Source: Epiperipatus broadwayi (taxonomy: Eukaryota; Animalia; Onychophora). From it: a DNA stretch of 64,000 nt. Under the pieces are notes generated by a model that saw nothing but the letters and a program-made list of their open reading frames with translations, was not told the DNA's origin and did no database searches. Shown one piece after another: positions 54,246 to 64,000 of this stretch (the stretch's first letter is position 1; each line of letters starts with the position of its first letter). Where the stretch lies: NCBI GenBank assembly GCA_028023455.1, contig JAQFVV010000001.1:23870001-23934000 (forward strand), written 5' to 3'. The position numbers and the translations under genes were made by a program.

Positions 54246-56082
54246 ATTCAGATGATGGGAGGAGCTAAACTTGAACTATAACTTAGTTTGAATGGATGGA
54301 ACTTTATCAATTTCTACTACTTATTTATTGCAAGTAGATATTTTACTCTTATTGATTCATGATATTTCCTTCTGTATTTTATTTGCATTTACATATTATG
54401 GAACTTTGTGGCCTCCCACTGAGTTAAGCTATAGTTGGACATTATTCTAAGAGTCTTGATAGTAACTCAAAGTAGAGTCAGATTATTAGTTTATTCTATT
54501 ATCAATAGAATTGTCACTCCCGGGTATTTATTCATAGGTGATGGATTGATGTTGGGGAGGGTTACAATATATATGCACTTTTTAAAAATATGATGGATAA
54601 AAAAAAGAAAATACTGCAATAATTTATTCATACTTCCAAGTGACCCCAATATTTGAAAAAAAAAAAAAAAACATTCAATGGCTAAAATCTAACAGATATT
54701 TCAATATAAATATTATGCACAAAATATACCAATCTTTATATATTTAGTTTAAACTATTTTTCATTTTACTATCATTGCAGCCAATTGATCTTTTGCAGAT
54801 TGAGTAGTGTTATATTCTTCCACCAAACTTGGAAGTTCATAAATATTTTTTTTTCATTAATATATATAGCCTACTGAAACAGTAAGATTCGTATTCGAAT
54901 CTTAAAATTTCACCTTTTTTTTATCGTCTTTCACTGACCGCTCTATCCTACCCAAATTTAAACTTTTTGGTATCGAATTGTATGTGTAGCAATATTAAAA
55001 ATGTATAGATATATGTAGAATTCACCATAAACACGCACACATTTCGATCTCAAATGTAAGGCAATAAATAAAGATAAATAATATAATTTAGATTTCTTTT
55101 AGTTATAAAAAAATATATATTTTTAACTATTTATTTTGAATTGTAAAATCCATTATTTATTGCTTTGTTTAAATTTCATTTAGTAATAATTTTAGAAATA
55201 GATTGTAATATTAATTAAAAGTAAAAATAATCATATGTTCCCCTTTTGTCTTTGAAATTTTAAAAGCATCACAATAGAACGCCAGCTTTCTCTATAATTA
55301 AACTAACAAAAATGCATTGATTATCCTCAGGGCAGATTAAGTGGAATCTAAAAATACACTAAGAAAAATGTAAAAGATAAGATCTAAGAAAGGAAGCCAT
55401 TTTAGACTTTCTAGGGACTTTGAGTTTAACTTTAGCTGTGCTCTCAATCAGTTGAGAGTCTCCAAGATCTTAAATTAATTTTACCTGCCACGGTATGATC
55501 GAGTAAAAAGCGCCCAGACTATTCTCCGTCCGGAGATGACCTATCGGATGCCAAACCTTCCATTGCCCTTCATAAATTCAACCACGAAGATCTGCTGCCT
55601 AAAATAATTTGAAAGCTGCTGCTGTTAAATTACACGAATCACCTAAATGCTGTAAAGAACTGCTAATGCTAGAATCATGAACAATTTGCTACTGATCACA
55701 GAATCGGAAAACTTCTCATAAACAGGTACCTATATCCAAATTCTCTAGAGTACTCTACTAATATCCCACTATAGCTTATTCATTCTTTATCTAACTTATA
55801 AACTATAAACTGTAAATTCTTGTTTGTAAAACTAAAATTAATTATTAAATTTTTTTAATGTAAAGTTCTTTAATAATCTAGCCTGCCTAACTCTAACTTT
55901 CTTGGGTGTGTATTTCTAAAGTCTACATTTTATTATATAATTATCGCATGCTCATAATTTTCTAAGTATAAATCTATGATCGCTTGAAAGAGTGGAGGTG
56001 TGTCAAATTTTCATCAATTTTTACTTTCATAAATAACTTAATATTTTCATCTAAATCGACACGCATTCAGTGCTTCATTTAT

Positions 56083-57391
56083 TGTAATACAGGGGTCTAG
56101 TGCATAACAAATGGCTGACGTATTAGTTATAATAATCACCCAGTTTATGTAAGGTTTTTATATTTTATTAAATTTGTAATTAATAATTCCATAAAATTTG
56201 CATTTCTTTGAGAGTCGCAAACATTCCTTTATTAAATGTTGATAATGTAGGGCCGAGTTATAAAATATATTTAAGTCTTAACAGAATCGTCTGTACATTA
56301 TATATGTGTTACGTTTTAGAGACACGATGACCCATTACAAGCCTTGAATATTCCGGATTCTATAGGGTTGAAATTAACCGCAGTCATCCTACACAAGCGG
56401 ACATAATAAATGCTCCCGTAGGGCTTGACGACCGTCATGCAACCAGCAGGCAACTGTGGCACGAACCACTTGTCCCTGGTTATGCTTATGTGACACCTTA
56501 CCTGTTCGGGCCTATGGCAAACGTCAACTTGTATTTATAAACTCATTCATGGCTTTGCAGTTTCAATATACTGCCATTTCCTATCACCTTTCTAAACGTA
56601 CGTGTTTCTTTTATTAACTTTATTATTCTATGTATCACTCTGTCCCTGCATTAGTGACAATTCACTCTCAAATAAATGTTTGCCCCTAGTTATTAGTAAA
56701 TATCTTTAATTAAATAAATATATGTCCGCCGCTACTCATATAAATCTTAAGACTTGCATTGCAAAGGTATAAATCCCTAAAGGCAGGCTTTAGAAATTAT
56801 TTGCTCAAGAATTTTAGGTAGCAAGATTACGTCATCAAATAAATGTATTTCTCTTTGTAAACATAACAGTATCGGAAATACCGCTACTGAGATCTTAAAT
56901 AGAGTATTGGTAAAATAATTTCGTATAAATGTTACTATATAAATAAATGTATTTCTTGAATAAAAGTATCAGAAAATTCCGTTACTCAATTTAAATATTA
57001 CCAAATATTATTAGTAAATGATTTATTATTAAAATGTTTCAATAAATAATTTCAAACTATACGTCTGCAGTTACGTTTTATTTATTCGATACCCATTCTA
57101 TATATTTCCTCGATTTGTAAATATAAGTGTTTAATTAATATTAGTGTTATTATTGGCTAACTCGAAAATAAAATCATGAATCTCTTGCAACATCCCTGAC
57201 CACAATGCCTAAAGTAATGTTTACTAATGTCGCATCCGATGCGTTGTTTAGTAGATTGTATTGTGGAACCGATAAACTATGTTCGAACTCAGTACTACGG
57301 GTGGCTTCGCTACCTAGATGGTGCTGCAGTTCTTGTGTGGTGGTCGAATTCTGCACTATGTTAACGAATCACTCGTTTTCTGACCGTTACA
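56083..57391. mobile_element. Possible solo LTR
   Basis: A CpG-richer block bounded by TGTAA...TTACA with near-matching 4-bp flanks (ttat/ctat). No PBS, PPT or second copy seen. Confidence 0.22.
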
Positions 57392-59444
57392 CTATATAGA
57401 TGTAATATTTGGCAATTTCTTTAAAATAGTAATGTTCAACCTTTGCTCAATTTACTCTATTTGCTAACAAAATGGAATTAACGCTTTTGAAATATTGCAT
57501 GGTAAAATATTTACAAAGGTCCAATTTCAAAATATTTTTAAAAGTACGCCTAGACAAAAAAAAGTGGACATAATTATCTTGATATCTTTCCATACCAATT
57601 CATTTTCCAAGCTCTCCTTTAAGTATTAATTCACAAAACGGAATTTACAATTATTGTTATAAATTGCAATATTCAGTATGTCTTTCATTGTATTAATTTC
57701 ACAAGTAAAAAGTCACTTTCTAAACATGTAAAAATGCCATTAAATTCCAATATTATCTGATCATAACTAAGTATCACTATTTATGAATGAAATTTCAAAT
57801 GACAAAACAATTAGCCACATATATATACATGCACGTCACATACAATAAAACAAAAGATTTTTTTTCCATTTACTTTTGATAAATTTGAAAAAAATAAAAA
57901 GAATCCTTGTTTATGAATTTAATATAAAAAAAAAAAATTTAAAGGGAAAAAATAATAAATTCACACTAATAAGCACTGTAAACAACTGCTCATACTCAAG
58001 CAGTTCACTTTAAAAAAAAAAATTATGTAAAGGAATGCTCAGAAAAATATATCTACATATCAAATTAAGGGATAGAAGAATATTAAAACATCATAGCATT
58101 CTGTTAAAATTATATATATTTAAATTTAAAATTTTTTATGAATATTTGTCAATCTTTTTTTCTTAAAAAATCTTTTTCACATTAATATTCATTCAAATAT
58201 TTTAATAGTAAATGTCTGCAACTTGAGTCAACTCCTAATATCTAGATTTTGAAAAAAGAACCACATAAAATTGTGCTAATATTATAATCATTATACTAAT
58301 ATAGTAACTTTACAAAAACCAGTTATTTTTCAAAAAACTTATTTATTCGTCACACAAGATAGAAAGTTTCAAATAGCAATGTTTTTATAATCTTTCTCAA
58401 GATAACACCATAATAAAAATATACGGTAGTAGTTTGGAGACCATACTGCCCCCGTCAGATGGCGCTGCAATACCATTTACAACTGGCCTGAAAATTGCAA
58501 GTGATAAATTTTTTTACGAAAGTGGCTGAAAATCGACAAATAAAAATGCCTAAGGCAAAATATGTGCAGCAAATACATCGAAAACTACAAATTATACAAA
58601 AAACACAAGAAAATGCTAAAAAAATCAAATGAAAAAAAAGTCCATGGAAATATGATCAAGAGCTACCCCCCCCTAAAATCAAAATTTCTTCACTTAAATC
58701 GACAAATAAAAATGCCTCAGACAATATATGTACAGCAAATACATCGAAAACTACAATTTATAAAAAAAAACAACAGAAAATGCTAAAGAATTCAAATAAT
58801 AAAACAAAAAAACCATGAAAATACGATCAAAAAATAGCCACCCCCCCCCCCAAAGCTGAAAATTCACAAAGAAGCATGGTGGAAAAAGAGCAGGAAAATA
58901 CGAAAAGATCAAATTATTTACCTACAGCTTAAATATGCATCTAAGTTCATATTGAAAAGCAATTAATTGTTCTCTGGTTTTCAAATTACTGCATATGTAA
59001 ATTGAACAGTAATATTTAAATAATCAAAAAGCAATCCTCAAAAAATCATCATCGACCCTTCCCCCACTAAGCAAATTATAGCAACCTCGGAGTAACTTTT
59101 CTAAAACGTAATAAATCTTAGCAATATTTAAAAATTATTTAAGTAACAGATATAATAATAACTCATAACACAGATTAATATGCAGTAATAAAAAATAAGC
59201 AGAAAATGCTATATAATTCAAATTATATATAAAAAAATAACGATGAAAATATGAGAGCTACCCCCCCCCTAAAATGTGAAAATCCACAAAGCACATCTAA
59301 ATTGAGCAATAATATTTAAATAATCAAAAAGCAATACACAAAAAATAATTACCAAAGTCCTTCCAATCATTTTTAGTAGGCACTTAAATGTGTTCAGCAT
59401 AAAAATCCATTAAGAACATTATTTTGATTTAGAGTTCACATTTT

Positions 59445-59840
59445 AAATAGTAACAGAAGATTGAGTAACGGTGGTTATTTGGTCTAAAAAATACAGCAAA
59501 GATGGCAGAATTTTGAAGCTTTAAACACACTTGAATAGTAACTGAAGATTAAGTAACAATAGTTATTTGATGGCAGCATTTTGAAGCTTTTAACGCACTT
59601 GAATAGTAACTGAAGATTTAAGTAACAGTGGTTATTTGATGGCAGCATTTTGAAGCTTTAAACACACTTGAATAGTAACTGAAGATTAAGTAACTGGTTA
59701 TTTGATGGAGCATTTTGAAGCTTTAAACGCACTTGAATAGTAACTGAAGATTAAGTAAATGGTTATTTGATGGCAGCATTTTACAGCTTTAAACATACTT
59801 GAATAGTAACTGAAGATTAAGTAACAATGGTTATTTTGTG
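59445..59840. repeat. Tandem array inside the Merlin element, ~62-bp unit x5-6
   Basis: Repeats of ttttgaagctttaaacNcacttgaatagtaactgaagattaagtaacaNtggttatttgatggcagca. Confidence 0.9.
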
Positions 59841-59999
59841 TAAAAATATATAGCAAAGTTGGCAGAATTTTGGAACAGATTTTAACACAAATATTAAGAA
59901 AAGATGGCAGAAATTAGCAGATTATAATTTAGAAATTTAGATTGATGGTATATTGATCATTTGCAATATTGCATCGAATAGATCTTAACCATCATGCAA

Positions 60000-60787
60000 T
60001 CATCGCCACATGAATTCGTCTAAGTAGGAATCAAGATAACGTTGAGCTGTTCCCCTCTCTCGTTTATTGTGACATTTTAAAAGCCCCCAAAGTCTTTCTA
60101 CATGGGCCCCAGTAGTAGGATCGACAAAATTGTACGAAGGATTCACTTTGAAGTGTTGGAAACCTTCAGTATTCAATACATCTGTTTTGTAGGCCTTCCA
60201 GCAGTCAGTATATATGGTGGATCTTGGTGCTATATGTTCTTTAATGGCATCTAGAAGAACAGACGCTGTTCGATCTGGAATAGCAACAATGAAACACTTT
60301 TGTTTCTCTACATAAACCACCAAATAACCACTGCTGTGTAAGAATTCTTCCCTGTTGATTTTTACGTTTACTAAATAGTTTTGTCGACCTCTACAATTTT
60401 TCCTGGGTCTCCAATTTTGCAGGATGGGCAAGAGAGCAGACTTTCTTTACATGCTTCTCTCAAATATTGCTTCCACACGACAGTATTCCTGTTCAAATCC
60501 AAATCATTTTTTCCAGATTGCATGGTCAATTGGTTTTTGCTCCAATAATAAATGATTTGGATGGATGTGACAAATGGCAATTTGCAGTCTTCCAACCAGG
60601 TTCTGTTTCGAAGTGCTATGCGACATTGACATGCCTTAATGTTGCACTTCCATTGTGCCCTTGCATTCATATAAAGGTTCATTTCATGGCCATTAATACA
60701 CACTCTTTGAGAAGGCATAACATTTTTACTTTGGAGGAACTCCACTGCTTCAAGTTCTGTCTTTGGTAGATCCCAAACTTTCATCAT
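60000..60787 (-). pseudogene. Merlin/ISXO2-like DDE transposase, frameshifted
   Basis: N-terminal zinc-ribbon-like region, KIGDPGKIVEVD, then in a shifted frame FSKRKNQQGRILTQQWLFGGLCRETK, then CFIVAIPDRTASVLLDAIKEHIAPRSTIYTDCWKAY...HFKVN...FVDPTTGAHVERLWG...YLDEFMWR. Two frameshifts near 60300-60380. Confidence 0.93.
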
Positions 60788-60894
60788 TTTGAGTAAAATA
60801 AACGAATATCACAGAAAAGATGACACTTAAATTTCAGCTGTTGATATTTCAACGCGGGATTTTGAAATGTTGCCTCAAAGTTTGCTGCATATTT

Positions 60895-61410
60895 AATGTT
60901 GTATACTTCTGCATGAGAAAATCCTTAATAATCCTGTCAAAAAATAAAAATTATATCCCAACAACTAGTATTTCTAGCAGTCCAAAATAATTAACACATC
61001 ATATAATAGCACTTAGCAGGTTTTCCAAGTATACTTTAGCTACATTTTGATCAAATTTGTTGGCTTTGGAAATTACGTTTCATGTAAAATGTTTAATTAT
61101 GACATATTCATTTTGAAAGTACAAACTGATTTAATATATTACGGTGCGATTATATTTAATTTGTATATATATGTGCATAGTTAATGTTGTATTCTTCTGC
61201 ACATAACCCTGTCAAAAAAATAAAAATTATGCCAACTAGTATTTCTAGCAGTCCAAAATAATTAACACGACTTAATAGAACTAAGCAGGTATTTCAAGTC
61301 TACTTTAGCTACATTTTGATTATATTTGTTAGCTTTGGAAATTCACTTTTTCATGTAAAATGTCTATTACGTCATATTCATTTTGAAAGTACAAACTGTG
61401 ATTTAATATA
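60895..61410. repeat. Direct duplication of ~250 bp upstream of the Merlin transposase
   Basis: The block gttgtat..ctgtcaaaaaataaaaattat..actagtatttctagcagtccaaaataattaacac..gaaagtacaaactg occurs at about 60895-61140 and again at about 61185-61410. Confidence 0.85.
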
Positions 61411-64000
61411 TATAAGTGAAAAACAACTTGAACAAAAACAAAACTGGAAAAATCCAAATGTCTACTATAAATGAAGGAAGTAATCGGTAATTATTTTTTG
61501 TGTATTACTTGTTAATTATTAAATATTATTAATGAATTTAGATATGCCTTCATTTCAAAGCCAGAAAAAAAATTAATTGCTTTAAAGATAAATAATTTGA
61601 TGTTGAAAGTCTTTTCTTTTAAAAGTATTTAGTATATTTTTTGAAAATCTATGCCGACTTACTTTGTCAATTAAAGCTATTGTGAGGGGAGACGGAGATT
61701 TTACCTTGGTAATTAGACACCTCACATTAAAAAATATAGATGCTTTGCAATTTTGTTTAAATAAAGCGTAAAGAATCATATATATTTACTATGCACAGAA
61801 TATTATAGTAAAGTATATTTTAAGGAAAATATTTTCTCTTTGGCAAACAATCATTTATTATTGGAAATAGCATTGGTATATTATATACGTGTGTGCGTAA
61901 CTTTCTTTAAATAACTCTGCTAGTGTTTGTAGATATCTTCTGTTAAATTATTTTTTTCATCTGCTCGGAATCACGAACACCGAATCTGGAACAAGGTAAT
62001 TTTTCCACCTCTTTTAAACTTACTATAATTATATGTAATCACTTACTACGTATTAATCTATGTTATGAGTTATTATTACATCTGTTACTTAAATAATTTT
62101 TAAATATTGATAAGATTTATTACGTTTTAGTAAAGTTACTCCATGGTTGCTATAATATGATTTTTTGAGGATTGCTTTTTGATTATTTAAATATTATTGC
62201 TCAATTTACATATGCAGTAATTTGAAAGCCAGAGAACAATTAAGTGCTTTTCAATATGAACTTAGATGCATATCTATGCTGAAGGTAAATAATTTTATCT
62301 TTTCATATTTTCCCGCCATGCTTCTTTGTGAATTTTCAGCTTGTAGGAAGGGGGGATCTCTTGATCGTATTTTCATGGGTTTTTTGTTTTATTATTTGAA
62401 TTTTTTAGCATTTTCTTGTTTTTTTTTTATAATTTGTAGTTTTCGATGTATTTGCTGTACATATATTGTCTGAGGCATTTTTATTTGTCGATTTAAGTGA
62501 AAAATTTTGATTTTAGGGAGGGGGGGGTAGCTCTTGATCGTATTTCCATGATTTTTTTTTTTAAAGCATTTTCTTGTGTTTTTTGTATAATTTGTAGTTT
62601 TCGATGTATTTGCTGTACATATTTGCCTTAGGCATTTTTATGTGCCAATTTGCAGGCCAGTTGTTGATAGTGTCGCAGCGCCATCTGACGGTTGCAGTAC
62701 AGTCTCCAAACTACTACCAAAAAGTAAAAAAAAAAAAGACAAATTGAATATTAAAATAAATAATATGTGAATACCGTTTTCAAATTTTTAATTGTTACCT
62801 TGACAAAGATTATAATAATAATTGAAATATTCAAAACTATTTCTATCTAGTGCTGAAGAATGCGCAAGTTTTTTGAAGATTGTGTTCGGAATTGTTGTGT
62901 CTAATTTTTTCCCTAATGAATATGCCATATTGATATTTATATGCATGTGTTCAAAATATGGTTTTCATAATAACTACATAAAAATAGTACATAATTTATA
63001 AAACTAACATATAAAAAACTCTTAAATGTAAGAAAATTAATGTAAAATATAGATTTTAAACACCTCGTTAATTATTTTATATTTACACATAAATTGTATA
63101 TTGGTTTAAAAATTAGTTATTTTTAATAATCTAAACATATTTTACACTAAATAATAATTATAAAATGAATTATAAAAATAAATTACTGTCATTAATATTT
63201 TCTTGAAAACAGCTTTCACTATCCAACAGACTTTGACTGAACTAGACTTTCTTACATACACGTAGGAATCTTTCTTTCCTAACAAAATATACCTTAATTA
63301 TGAATAACGTGGTTTCAAGGATTTATTTTAATACATTTATAAAGCTGGAAAAACAAAGTATTTAAATGAATTGGGTCAGCATGTATATACATAAGTATAA
63401 ATATTGCATGATATATCAAATCCCTAAATGTTTGTCTGTAACGTTATGTGATATTCAAGTCAAACATTTGTCTGTTAGTGTATTTATCTGCTTTGGCTCT
63501 TTAAGCGGGTGAGCCGCAAGGTTTTGTATTGATCGACATGTTGTTTTCTTTCTTTGCTGACATAACACGACGTCAAACAAAATACGGGCATGCTCAGCGA
63601 CATGTGATTCCAAAAATGTGTACAACAAAAATATCCGACGAAATTTGGAGTTTTTACAGTATTTTCAATAAAGGAGAGAATTTAATTTTTTAAAATTTCA
63701 CGAAGCGATAGAAAGAAAATTCGTAGCCTTCTTTCTAATGGAATTTATCCCAGTAAATAGGAATGTTATTCACAAACAAGGCCTATAATGGAGCACCAAC
63801 GTAAAGCACTCATAAGTATAAAATTTTAATTTTTTTTTTTCTTCCTCATCTTTTTTTTTACAAAACAATAAAATAAAGTAAGAGAAAAAAACCAAATTTT
63901 TTTTTTTTATCTTATTGCTTTTTTTTTTTTTGTTTTATTTTTTTTTTTTTTTCTTTTTTACAAAAAATATATTTTATATAAAAAAAAAACACGTGTGAAA

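Larger units (their letters stand above)
58425..62718 (-). mobile_element. Merlin (IS1016/IS1595-related) DNA transposon with ~500-550-bp internally repetitive TIRs
   Basis: The left end GGTAGTAGTTTGGAGAC...CGTCAGATGGCGCTGC is mirrored by the right end finishing at 62718. About 58425-58980 is inverted relative to about 62230-62718. It encloses a transposase pseudogene. No matching TSD recognised. Confidence 0.88.

Noticed and set aside
59445-59840. Regularly spaced repeats superficially like a CRISPR array
   Set aside because: The units are contiguous tandem copies without unique spacers, the context is eukaryotic and there are no cas genes.

Overview
This is very AT-rich eukaryotic (animal, probably invertebrate) genomic DNA. 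The only confidently identifiable host gene is the 3' end of RNA polymerase II second-largest subunit (RPB2/POLR2B): two + strand exons (7579-7774, 15995-16084) separated by an 8.2-kb intron. The rest is mostly layered transposable-element debris: a Penelope-like element (RT + GIY-YIG) with an inverted duplicate of its 3' end, Ty3/gypsy integrase tails, hAT, LINE and Helitron relics, three Merlin/IS1595-type elements, a Tigger/pogo-like TIR element, a short tRNA-derived SINE family and several fold-back palindromes. The most interesting signal is a non-coding ~448-bp terminally redundant repeat present twice (about 6090-6560 on +, about 51218-51927 mainly on -). It carries a minimal type I hammerhead ribozyme motif that looks intact at 51338-51379 and decayed at 6387-6428, with a compensatory base-pair change in stem II. 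This suggests a retrozyme-like or Penelope-mobilised element. The second copy sits inside a Merlin-like TIR element and shows a microhomology-mediated inversion next to the predicted cleavage site. All family assignments were made by eye from motifs; no database search or folding program was run.
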